A DNA stretch of 43,897 nt from an uncultured Lachnospiraceae bacterium (GTDB lineage: Bacteria; Bacillota; Clostridia; Oscillospirales; CAG-272): the NCBI GenBank assembly GCA_964472845.1, contig CAYYND010000003.1, forward strand, positions 1-43,897. The letters are read 5' to 3'. The notes under the pieces are model-generated. The model saw only the letters and a list, made by a program, of their open reading frames with translations, had not been told where the DNA came from and searched no databases. Positions 27,229 to 35,554 of the stretch are shown here, piece after piece. Both the position numbers and the translations under genes were made by a program. How positions within the stretch are numbered: the first letter of the stretch is position 1; every line of letters starts with the position of its first letter.

Positions 27229-28203
27229 TTATTTTGAAGGCTGATCATCGGGCTCATCGGGGGTTACGGGAGTGGACGGTGTCGTTGTACCTGTATCCTT
27301 GTCACTTTCGCTTACCCATTTGATCGAGCTGTAATCTGTTGTGAGCAATGTCTTTCCATCGGATCCTATCATGCAGAGGTAACGAACCTCGTCGTTGTAT
27401 ATGATCTTTATGAATTTGTCATTCTTAGCGATCGCCTTGAATTCCTGACCCTGTTTGATCTCGGCAGAGTAGACGATGTTAGTCTTACTCGTTGTGTCGG
27501 GAGAAGTTCTGAGCCAGAGTCTGTAAGCGCTTACGTAGTAGGTCTCGTTGCATTCAACGAAGTCGGTAGGCTCGGTGGGGGTGATGGGCTTTGTTGAGGT
27601 TCCGGGCTCATCGGGGGGTGTTGTCGGGCTCGTCGAGATATACTTGTTGCTTACAAAGCAAACGATGTGGTCTACAACGATACGGCTCCATTCGCCGTTC
27701 TTGCCGGTTCTCTGGTAAGACTCTCCTTTGTGGAGAACAACGTATTTCTGGGTTTGATGATCTACGGTTGATTTTCTTGCCTGAACATTTTCATGAGTTA
27801 TGTATATTGTATCATTGGCGTCTTCGAATACTTCGTTCATCGGTTCGTCAACCTTCGTACCCGGTTCCGTGGGCTCTTCGACCTTGCTCGTGCCGGATTC
27901 TGTGGGGTCTTCAACCTTGTTTGTGCTTGACTCGGTAGGCTCTTCGACCTTGTTGGTGGTCGACTCTGTGGGTTCATCAGCTTTGTTTGTGTGGAACTCT
28001 GTGGGTTCACCGTTGTCCGAGCTATCGTCCGAAGGACTTTCGGAAGGCTGCGGGAGGTTGTTTGACGATGATTCGGATTGACTATCGCTTTCATCGGGGT
28101 TGTCATTGCTTCCGCCGCAAGCGAAAAGAACAATGAGCAAAACTGCAACGAGTAATACCGCTGCGCCAATGAGAATGATAAGTTTTTTTGTTGAGGGTGT
28201 CAT
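27229..28203 (-). CDS. Lipoprotein with acidic PTES repeats and two SH3b-like domains
   Basis: I prefer ATG 28203 (AAGGAG RBS). Signal peptide with lipobox LFAC. Five roughly 11-aa repeats (EPTESxTNKVE). Two SH3_3-like beta-rich segments. Confidence 0.7.
   Translation of the reverse strand: MTPSTKKLIILIGAAVLLVAVLLIVLFACGGSNDNPDESDSQSESSSNNLPQPSESPSDDSSDNGEPTEFHTNKADEPTESTTNKVEEPTESSTNKVEDPTESGTSKVEEPTEPGTKVDEPMNEVFEDANDTIYITHENVQARKSTVDHQTQKYVVLHKGESYQRTGKNGEWSRIVVDHIVCFVSNKYISTSPTTPPDEPGTSTKPITPTEPTDFVECNETYYVSAYRLWLRTSPDTTSKTNIVYSAEIKQGQEFKAIAKNDKFIKIIYNDEVRYLCMIGSDGKTLLTTDYSSIKWVSESDKDTGTTTPSTPVTPDEPDDQPSK
27841..28008 (-). repeat. Five tandem ~33-bp in-frame coding repeats
   Basis: Encodes EPTEFHTNKAD / EPTESTTNKVE / EPTESSTNKVE / DPTESGTSKVE / EPTEPGTKVD. 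Confidence 0.8.
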
Positions 28204-28264
28204 TTTTCGATCTCCTTTTCTTTGATTTTCGACGGTAACTGCCGACCGTGCTTTTCTGTCCTCA

Positions 28265-28293
28265 ATTATACCATAGCAGAATATATTTGTCAA
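28265..28293 (-). promoter_or_regulatory. Consensus sigma-A promoter of the SH3b lipoprotein gene
   Basis: On the minus strand: TTGACA (28288-28293), a 17-nt spacer ending in TGg, then TATAAT (28265-28270). Confidence 0.6.
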
Positions 28294-28472
28294 GTAAAAA
28301 AAGCCTGAATGAAACTTTTTTCGAGGAATTTTTTTCGACAAAAATCAGCTTGCCTCATTCGGTGTATCTCGAGATATATCGAAAGGTTACACTCGGCGTG
28401 CCTTCTTGCGGGCGAGGTCGCGCCATCCGTGGGAGTAGTGCCAAAAAAAGATCTAAAAAATTAAAAAAGGTG

Positions 28473-28501
28473 TTGTAAATCGGAGCAATATGTGGTAAAA
28501 T
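28473..28501 (+). promoter_or_regulatory. Candidate promoter of the HTH-TPR regulator operon
   Basis: TTGTAA (28473-28478), a 17-nt spacer ending in TGg, then TAAAAT (28496-28501). Confidence 0.5.
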
Positions 28502-28536
28502 TACTGTGAAGGTAAAAAATGTCGGAGGTGAGTTCT

Positions 28537-29442
28537 GTGAAGATAGGAGAAAAGATAAAGAATCTCAGAATGTCTAAAATGATGACACAAGCGGAGCTCG
28601 TCGGCGACAATATTACCCGGAATATGCTCAGTCGTATCGAAAACGGCACAGCGCTCCCGTCTCTTCCTACGCTGATCTACATAGCCGGACGGTTGAATGT
28701 CCCCGCCGGATATTTGATCGCCGAGGAAGACAACGAGATGATATACAGAAAGATCAACTGTATGGATAATATTCGCCGTGCCTACAACGCGAAAGAATAT
28801 CGGCTTTGCCGCACAATCTGCTTGCGCGAATTGGATCACGCCGACGATGAGATCGCACTGATCCTTACGGAAAGCTGCCTTGCGGTCGCAAAAGAAGAAA
28901 TGTCGGAAGGAAGGCTTCGAGCAGCTTGCTCATATCTTGATGAGGCTTTGACATATGCCGAAAAAACCATGTATACGACCTCGCACATAACATCGTGCAT
29001 TTCCGTATATTTTAAATATCTCGGAGAAAGGATCTCAAACACACTTTATTCGATGCACGACTTGCCGCAGGACGATTGCTCCTCTATGCTCTCATTCGGC
29101 GACGGCTTCTGCCGTTATATTGCCGCGCTTGAAAGTCTTGAAGCGGGGAATACGGATTTTGCGGACAGAATAGCGCGCAGCTTTTCCGCTTCCGAGGGAT
29201 GCTATGCCGCTTGCATAAACGCCTGTATCCGTATGTCGGACGGGATGTACGCCGAGGCGGCGATGCTTTTGCGCGCGGTGCTTGATTCCGATGAAAGTAT
29301 AGGAAAATTACTCTTGTTTGACATTGTAGGTCGTCTGGAGATCTGCACCAGGGAAACGGGAGATTATAAAAGCGCTTATGAATTCTCTTCAAGCAAGGTA
29401 AGGCTCCTTGAAAAAATGCTTGAGGAGGCAGACAGGATATGA
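28537..29442 (+). CDS. XRE-HTH regulator with TPR-like C-terminal domain (RNPP/Rgg-like architecture)
   Basis: About 301 aa from GTG 28537 (GGAGG lies 8 nt upstream). HTH segment KIGEKIKNLRMSKMMTQAELVGDNITRNMLSRIENGTALPSLPTLIYIAGRLNVP. A helical repeat-like remainder of about 230 aa. Confidence 0.75.
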   Translation: MKIGEKIKNLRMSKMMTQAELVGDNITRNMLSRIENGTALPSLPTLIYIAGRLNVPAGYLIAEEDNEMIYRKINCMDNIRRAYNAKEYRLCRTICLRELDHADDEIALILTESCLAVAKEEMSEGRLRAACSYLDEALTYAEKTMYTTSHITSCISVYFKYLGERISNTLYSMHDLPQDDCSSMLSFGDGFCRYIAALESLEAGNTDFADRIARSFSASEGCYAACINACIRMSDGMYAEAAMLLRAVLDSDESIGKLLLFDIVGRLEICTRETGDYKSAYEFSSSKVRLLEKMLEEADRI

Positions 29443-29876
29443 AATTCGGACTTGCAAAGCGAGTGTGCTTTCTTCTGATACCCGTGATCATTACACTTTG
29501 CATTTCCTCTTGTTCACAGTATGTCGATTCCGATGGCTTTTACGCGGGAGAGCCGATAAAACCGGAGGATATCGAATCGCTTTATGCCTCTTTCGCGGGC
29601 CATAGCGGAGTCGATGGAGACGGCTCATCATTCGGAGACCCGGATGCCGTGACGGTGTATTGGACGTCGGGAGGCGGTGTTTATCACACGGATCCGATGT
29701 GCAGACATTATGCCGATTCTTCCGAAAAGAATCAAGGCGCGATCGAGGTAGCGATCAAACTCGGCAAGAAAGAACTGTGCTCCGCTTGCAAAAAGAAGCA
29801 GGACGCAGAAAATAACGGCGATGATAGCAATGATACAGATACTTCAAAAGGAGAAGATGTTTATGATATTCCGTAA
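29439..29876 (+). CDS. Secreted lipoprotein with a YHxxxxC...CxxC motif
   Basis: 145 aa. Signal peptide with lipobox ISSC. Motif VYHTDPMCRHY...KELCSACKKK. Acidic tail. ATGA start/stop overlap with the regulator gene. Confidence 0.65.
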   Translation: MKFGLAKRVCFLLIPVIITLCISSCSQYVDSDGFYAGEPIKPEDIESLYASFAGHSGVDGDGSSFGDPDAVTVYWTSGGGVYHTDPMCRHYADSSEKNQGAIEVAIKLGKKELCSACKKKQDAENNGDDSNDTDTSKGEDVYDIP

Positions 29877-30969
29877 CTCAAAAAAATCAGATATAGACGA
29901 GATAATGAATTTGCTCGGCGAGGCTCGTGAATCGATAGGAAAGCTCGGTATCGATCAATGGCAGTACGGTTATCCTTCGAGAGACATAGTAGCCGAAGAT
30001 ATTAAAAAATCACGTTCATATGTTTGCGAGGATGAAGGAAGAATATGTGCGGTATTTACTATAATCACCGACGGCGAGCCGACGTATGACAAGATCTACG
30101 ACGGGAAATGGCTGACAGATGACACCAAGGACGGAAAATACAGCTATTACGCTCTTCACAGGATCGCAGTGGCAAACGATTACAGAGGCAAGGGTGTTTC
30201 AAGACAGATAATAAACTTTATCAGATCGAAATGTATAGACGGAAATAAACTCAGCATAAGAGTGGATACGCACAAAGGTAATATCCCTATGATAAGGATG
30301 CTGAAAAAGAATGGATTTGAATATCGCGGTATCATCTATTTGAAGGACGGACAGGAGAGAGTCGCATACGAAGCGCTCGTTCATCCCAATTTCTGCACAA
30401 AGATCTATGATATATCACGGGAGATCCTCTCGGCAGAGGTCTATCCGGGAGATACCAAGCCCACACTTACGACCGTTCGTTCGTTTACCAATGGCGACGG
30501 TTACAATTTGAGCGATATAACCATGTGCGTACACAATTCAACACATATCGATGCCCCCTCGCATTTTATCGATGAGGCACCGACGGTCGATTCCGTGTCG
30601 CTGTATAACTGTGTCGGAGACGCTTATGTTATCTCTTCGGAAAACAATATTACAAAGGACTTTATCGAGCTTCACGTTCCGATAGATTGCCATAGGCTTC
30701 TTGTAAAAGGCAATGTTTTCTTTGAGCCCGGTGTAGCCGAGAAGCTCGCAGAAAGGAATATCGTGCTCGTGGGCGTTGAGCCTCAGAGCGTATCGTATGG
30801 AGATTTCACAAAGCAAGTTCATCTTGAAATGCTCGGAAAGGGAATGGTTATAGTAGAGGGGCTTGATATGTCCGCCGTACCCGACGGAAAGTATGAGCTT
30901 TGCGCGCTTCCTTTAAAGATAGCCGAATGTGACGGAGCGCCATGCAGAGCTATACTTATAAAGCATTGA
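29863..30969 (+). CDS. GNAT N-acetyltransferase fused to a cyclase/arylformamidase-family domain
   Basis: About 368 aa from ATG 29863. GNAT motif A (RIAVANDYRGKGVSRQII) in residues 1-170. Cyclase-family motif VHNSTHIDAPSHF in the C-terminal roughly 200 aa. Confidence 0.75.
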   Translation: MIFRNSKKSDIDEIMNLLGEARESIGKLGIDQWQYGYPSRDIVAEDIKKSRSYVCEDEGRICAVFTIITDGEPTYDKIYDGKWLTDDTKDGKYSYYALHRIAVANDYRGKGVSRQIINFIRSKCIDGNKLSIRVDTHKGNIPMIRMLKKNGFEYRGIIYLKDGQERVAYEALVHPNFCTKIYDISREILSAEVYPGDTKPTLTTVRSFTNGDGYNLSDITMCVHNSTHIDAPSHFIDEAPTVDSVSLYNCVGDAYVISSENNITKDFIELHVPIDCHRLLVKGNVFFEPGVAEKLAERNIVLVGVEPQSVSYGDFTKQVHLEMLGKGMVIVEGLDMSAVPDGKYELCALPLKIAECDGAPCRAILIKH

Positions 30970-31018
30970 AACGATAAAAATATATACAGACCGAAAATCT
31001 CGGTCAAAAGGAGAATTT

Positions 31019-31741
31019 ATGAAGATCATTGTATGCAGAAACTACGCGGAGATGTCTGTGGAATCCGCCAAGATAGTCGCAGAGCAGATAAAAAGTAAGC
31101 CCGATTGTGTGCTCGGGCTTGCAACCGGATCAACTCCCGAAGGAATGTATGCGTGCCTTTCGACGATGCACAGAGATGAAAAACTTGATTTTTCAAAGGT
31201 AACCTCGGTAAACCTCGATGAGTACTACCCCATAGCTCCCGATAATGACCAAAGCTATCGCTATTTTATGAATTTTCACCTTTTTGACAAAGTCAATATA
31301 GACAAGTCAAATACATATGTTCCCGACGGAACCGCAGAAGATCCCGACAAATTCTGTGCGGATTATGAAAAGCTTATCGAAGAGCTCGGAGGAGTTGATC
31401 TTCAAGTTCTCGGTATCGGAAGAAACGCTCATATCGGCTTCAATGAGCCGGGAGATATTTTATACCCTGACACGCATTTGACCGAGCTTACGCCGAGCAC
31501 CGTTGAAGCTAACTCGCGTTTTTTCGATTCTGTCGACGATGTGCCGAAGCACGCACTGACGATGGGCATTGCCTCGATCCTTCGCGCAAAAAAGATCATC
31601 GTACTTGCAAGCGGGAAAGAAAAGCACAACGCTGTTCTGAAGCTTCTCGGAAATACGCTGGAGACTAAATATCCCGCAACTATGCTCGCATTGCATCATG
31701 ACGTTACCCTCATATGCGACGATGCGGCATATAACGGCTGA
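31019..31741 (+). CDS. nagB: Glucosamine-6-phosphate deaminase
   Basis: 240 aa. LGLATGSTPEGMY and GIGRNAHIGFNEPG motifs. Confidence 0.9.
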   Translation: MKIIVCRNYAEMSVESAKIVAEQIKSKPDCVLGLATGSTPEGMYACLSTMHRDEKLDFSKVTSVNLDEYYPIAPDNDQSYRYFMNFHLFDKVNIDKSNTYVPDGTAEDPDKFCADYEKLIEELGGVDLQVLGIGRNAHIGFNEPGDILYPDTHLTELTPSTVEANSRFFDSVDDVPKHALTMGIASILRAKKIIVLASGKEKHNAVLKLLGNTLETKYPATMLALHHDVTLICDDAAYNG

Positions 31742-31823
31742 AAAAATCGGCGTTTGCAACGCCAATCGATAGTTTTTAAATTATTTTTAAATTATAAATT
31801 GTTTTTTGAAGGAGAAAAATGTT

Positions 31824-32711
31824 ATGATCTTATCTACACAGACAAGCAATGTAAGAAACAGATTTGGCGACAAGCTTGCGGTTGACTATCTGAAGGATGC
31901 AGGATATCAGTATCTCGACCTTTCGATGTTCCATATGTCAAACGCCGACAGCCCTTTCAATGCCCCGGATTGGGAGAAGACAGCAAAGGAGCTTAGAGCA
32001 TATTCGGACGATCGCGGAGTGATCTACAATCAGAGCCATATTCCGTTTACCTTCAACTATAACATTCCCGGCGAATGGGAACGCTTTATAGGCCCTACAC
32101 AGTGGCGTGCACTCGATATCTGCGGAATACTCGGCGTCAAATACGTGATCGTTCATCCGCTTCATCACATCCCTTATTTCGGCAACGAGGAGCAGCTGTA
32201 CGAATATAATATGAGATATTACAGATCCATGATCCCGTTCTGTGAAAAGTACGGATATAAGATCTGTATTGAAAATATGTGGCAAAGGGAAGTAAAGACT
32301 CGACGCATATGCCACTCTGTCGGCTCGAAAATGTCGGAGCTTAAGAGATATATTGACGATCTCGGCGGAACGGAGCATTTTGTTGCGTGCCTTGATATAG
32401 GGCACACCGCACTTGTCGGCTTCGAGCCAGAGGATTGCATAAGAGAGCTCGGTCCGAAATACCTTCACGCGCTTCACGTACACGACAATGACTATACGGG
32501 AGACAACCATCTTCTCCCGGGTCAGGGCAAGATAAATTGGGACGCTGTTTGCCGAGCACTCGGCGAGATAAACTACGACGGAGAATTTACTTACGAGGCA
32601 GATGCCTTCATTCGCAATTTCTCAAACGAGATGCTTCCTATGGCACTGAAATTTATGAACGAGGTCGGACGTCACCTTTGCGATAAGGTGGACTCTTACA
32701 GACCGCAATAA
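31824..32711 (+). CDS. Sugar phosphate isomerase/epimerase (xylose isomerase-like TIM barrel)
   Basis: About 295 aa from ATG 31824 (AAGGAG RBS). AP-endonuclease-2/TIM-barrel pattern (VIVHP...IENM...DIGH...HVHDN). Confidence 0.8.
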   Translation: MILSTQTSNVRNRFGDKLAVDYLKDAGYQYLDLSMFHMSNADSPFNAPDWEKTAKELRAYSDDRGVIYNQSHIPFTFNYNIPGEWERFIGPTQWRALDICGILGVKYVIVHPLHHIPYFGNEEQLYEYNMRYYRSMIPFCEKYGYKICIENMWQREVKTRRICHSVGSKMSELKRYIDDLGGTEHFVACLDIGHTALVGFEPEDCIRELGPKYLHALHVHDNDYTGDNHLLPGQGKINWDAVCRALGEINYDGEFTYEADAFIRNFSNEMLPMALKFMNEVGRHLCDKVDSYRPQ

Positions 32712-32722
32712 CGCAATAAAAA

Positions 32723-32783
32723 AGACCCGCTTAAAACGTACCGTCGGCTTTGCCGTATTTTGCGGTATGCCGCGAGCGGGTCT
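32723..32783 (+). terminator. Compound hairpin after the isomerase gene
   Basis: AGACCCGCT (32723-32731) pairs with AGCGGGTCT (32775-32783), with inner pairing. A weak T-rich tail follows. Confidence 0.4.
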
Positions 32784-32843
32784 ATCTTATGCTTCCTAAT
32801 TAAGATGCAAGATCAAGATGCGAGATAAACAGGAGAAAAGAAT

Positions 32844-33467
32844 ATGACAAGTAAAGAACGCCGAGAAAGAGAAATGCTGTTTATTGCAGACAACAATGAT
32901 TGGGTAGAAATGAAAAGAGCAAGACGGCTGACAAAGGAGATAAATACGGCAGACCGTGCGGATTTTGAGAAGATACGTGAGTTGATAAACGAACTATTCG
33001 GGAAATCAGATGGGACTACATTTGTGAATCCGCCTTTTTACTGCGATTACGGTTCGAATATCGAGGTGGGAAAAAATTGTTTTATAAACTACAATTGTAC
33101 TATCTTGGATAATGCAAAGGTGAAAATGGGCGACAATTGTTTGCTTGCGCCAAATGTTTCTATTTACACAGCCGGTCATACGATACATCCGGATGCAAGG
33201 GCTCTCGGATATGAATATGGAGTTGAGGTAACTTTGGGAAACAATGTTTGGGTCGGTGGGAATACCGTGATATGCCCGGGAGTTCACATAGGGAGCAACG
33301 TCGTGATCGGTGCCGGAAGCGTGGTGACAAGGGATATTCCGGACTGGTCGCTCGCTGCGGGAAATCCCTGCAAAGTCATCAGAAAAATTACCGATGAAGA
33401 CAGAAGATATTATTTTAAAAATCGCGAGATAGACGAGGAAATATCGAAGATCTTGAGTAGCCTTTAA
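32844..33467 (+). CDS. maa: Maltose/galactoside O-acetyltransferase (hexapeptide-repeat family)
   Basis: 207 aa. N-terminal Mac domain (EREMLFIADNNDWVEMKRARRL) and left-handed beta-helix hexapeptide repeats. Confidence 0.85.
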   Translation: MTSKERREREMLFIADNNDWVEMKRARRLTKEINTADRADFEKIRELINELFGKSDGTTFVNPPFYCDYGSNIEVGKNCFINYNCTILDNAKVKMGDNCLLAPNVSIYTAGHTIHPDARALGYEYGVEVTLGNNVWVGGNTVICPGVHIGSNVVIGAGSVVTRDIPDWSLAAGNPCKVIRKITDEDRRYYFKNREIDEEISKILSSL

Positions 33468-33500
33468 CAACGTGCTTATACTGAATACAATTTGAACACA

Positions 33501-33548
33501 AAAAAGATCTGAGCCAAGAGCTAAAAAGCGTTTGACTCAGATCTTTTT
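33501..33548. terminator. Bidirectional terminator between maa and the convergent lipoprotein gene
   Basis: AAAAAGATCTGAG (33501-33513) pairs with CTCAGATCTTTTT (33536-33548). Confidence 0.6.
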
Positions 33549-33568
33549 AATTCTGTACCGAGCAGTAC

Positions 33569-34087
33569 TTATTCAGTAAGCTGCTTTTCGATCGCATCGA
33601 TTACCTTTGCACCGTCCTCGGCGGTCAGTATTGTGTATACTACGTAATTACCTATGACCTTAGTTTTTGCGTTTTCGATCTTCGGATATTCGTTTGGAGT
33701 ATAGTTGATGGAGTTTCTGAAGCTCTCATCCTTTGCTACAAGATAATTCTTTACCGATTGCTCGCCGTTTTTAGCGTCATCGGCACTTGAGAAGTGGAAT
33801 ATGCCCACCTCGTTCAAGTTGGCACTTGAATTGGAGGCGATAAAGACATCGGCTTCCTTGAATGTGGGAAGTGCTTCAAAGTTGAATTCGAAATAGTCGG
33901 AGTCGACGCTTACGTAACCCTCGTCGTTGGGGATCTGTCCCTTTGCGGCGGTAGCGAGTGCCGATATTGCAACATCGTCCTTGATTTTTACATTGTCGCT
34001 GTCACACGCTGTAAAAGCTAAAGCGGAGCAGAGGAGCAACACCGCCATAACGGTGGATATTATCGAACGAATGAGATTTTTTTTCAT
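33569..34087 (-). CDS. Lipoprotein of unknown function (DUF4358-like by recollection)
   Basis: 172 aa. Signal peptide with lipobox FTAC. No catalytic motif recognised. Confidence 0.6.
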   Translation of the reverse strand: MKKNLIRSIISTVMAVLLLCSALAFTACDSDNVKIKDDVAISALATAAKGQIPNDEGYVSVDSDYFEFNFEALPTFKEADVFIASNSSANLNEVGIFHFSSADDAKNGEQSVKNYLVAKDESFRNSINYTPNEYPKIENAKTKVIGNYVVYTILTAEDGAKVIDAIEKQLTE

Positions 34088-34157
34088 ACTGTTTTTTCCT
34101 TTCGCCGTTTTTACTATATTTGTTTTTGTTTGTTTTTATCTGTCGGAGCTTTTGAAT

Positions 34158-35060
34158 TTATTGCAATTCGTAAGCGTGTGTGCGAATATAATTTATGAGG
34201 ACTCTGAGACCCGTAGGCGTCATATGGATACCGTCACCGCTCTGATAGCTGTTTTGCATATACCCGTCAACGCCCCTCAGACACTCTTGAGAATCAAGAT
34301 ATTTGAGTCCGTATTCCTTGGCTACATCTTTTACCCATACGTTGGCTTTATCGATCCTTTCGTTTGAGATCGTCGGATTCTCTTGGGTATCCAAATTTGC
34401 GGCAACAGGGAAGATGTTTTGAAGTATCATTACGGTATTGGGGGAGTTCTCCTTTACTGTTTCTATGAGCTTACGGTAGGATGCTTTGAACTGCTTTTCT
34501 TCAAAATATCCGGCTACGCCGCCGTTGAGTCCGAGCGTTATTACTAAGTAAGCGGGCTTCTTTTTTGCTACCGCTTCGCCTATGGTAAGCGCGCAGTCAT
34601 CGTCTGGGTAGTATATCTTTGTTTGATTTATGGTAGTATAGAGGGCAAGTGTACCGTTCGTACCTCCGTTTTCACCGGCGCCCGTCCAAACCTGATTTTT
34701 TCTTACAATATCGTAGTAAGAGAGTGCGTATGTCGTGGAGTCTCCGAGAAACACGATCTTGTCGATATAGTCTTGTCCGGCGTCAGTGGTGGGCTTTAAA
34801 ATGACGCTGTCGGTATCGGCGGTTTCCGTTTCTTTTGACTGTGAGTCGCCCGTCTCATCGGATTCTGCGTTACTTGAGTCTTCGGGCGAGTTCGACGAGT
34901 CATCTCCGTCGGAGATATCGGAAGAATGTTCTTCATAAGCTTTTTTTTCGGATGCGTAGACGCCTGCGAATACTATTCTGGTAACCAAGCACAGCAAAAG
35001 CGCGAGCGCAAGCACGGGCAGTATCTTTTTTAAAAAATAGGTAAACTGTTTGTCATTCAT
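34158..35060 (-). CDS. Membrane-anchored SGNH/GDSL hydrolase
   Basis: 300 aa. N-terminal TM helix and an acidic Ser/Asp/Glu linker. Block I FLGDSTTY and block V DGIHMT. Confidence 0.75.
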   Translation of the reverse strand: MNDKQFTYFLKKILPVLALALLLCLVTRIVFAGVYASEKKAYEEHSSDISDGDDSSNSPEDSSNAESDETGDSQSKETETADTDSVILKPTTDAGQDYIDKIVFLGDSTTYALSYYDIVRKNQVWTGAGENGGTNGTLALYTTINQTKIYYPDDDCALTIGEAVAKKKPAYLVITLGLNGGVAGYFEEKQFKASYRKLIETVKENSPNTVMILQNIFPVAANLDTQENPTISNERIDKANVWVKDVAKEYGLKYLDSQECLRGVDGYMQNSYQSGDGIHMTPTGLRVLINYIRTHAYELQ

Positions 35061-35084
35061 ATCTGTGTTTCCCCCGTATCCTTA

Positions 35085-35504
35085 TTATTTGAACATTGAG
35101 TCGTATTTTTTTTCTTTGTTTTTCCTTGAGTTAATGACAGAGGTGATCAGTCTGTATATCAAGTACCCGAAAACATAAACGATAGTGACCGTAAACAATG
35201 CTACGAGTATCTCCGAGCCTCTTGCGTTCGTTGCGGTCGGAATGTACATAAGTACAAAAAAGCCAAGCGCTACGGCAGCGTAGTGGCAGAGCACACGCAG
35301 AACGACATTTATTTTCTTATCCGAGTGAACGATCCCTCCCAATGCTATGAGGAAGGAATACGGATATATCAGAATAAATCTGAGAGGAGTTACCGTTGTC
35401 GTATCGGTCTCTTCTCCGAATATGAGTTGAACCGCAAGTAAAAATATCGAGATCAAGGTAAAATATACGCATCCCGATGCAAGGGCTTTTTTGATTGCTT
35501 TCAT
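35085..35504 (-). CDS. Small integral membrane protein (4 predicted helices)
   Basis: 139 aa and hydrophobic throughout. Lies 24 nt upstream of the SGNH hydrolase gene. Confidence 0.6.
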   Translation of the reverse strand: MKAIKKALASGCVYFTLISIFLLAVQLIFGEETDTTTVTPLRFILIYPYSFLIALGGIVHSDKKINVVLRVLCHYAAVALGFFVLMYIPTATNARGSEILVALFTVTIVYVFGYLIYRLITSVINSRKNKEKKYDSMFK

Positions 35505-35554
35505 TTAAACTTTGGGGATCCTTTCAATTTTTATCAAAAAATGTGACTGTATAT

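Noticed and set aside
28392-28445. A GC-rich segment ending in ...GTGCCA, considered as a tRNA fragment or integration (att) scar.
   Set aside because: It has no T-loop (GTTCRANYC), no D-arm and no cloverleaf pairing, and no integrase is nearby. I kept it only as a low-interest structural oddity.
28248-28478. A 76-aa ORF in the divergent promoter region.
   Set aside because: It has a GTG start with no RBS. It runs through the lipoprotein promoter and the GC island, and it ends in a Lys/Arg-rich tail produced by A-runs. It is most likely non-coding.
30990-31006. The small hairpin GACCGA-aaatc-TCGGTC between the GNAT-cyclase gene and nagB, considered as a terminator.
   Set aside because: It has a 6-bp stem and no T-tract, and it sits directly before the nagB RBS. 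It is too weak to call, so nagB may be co-transcribed.
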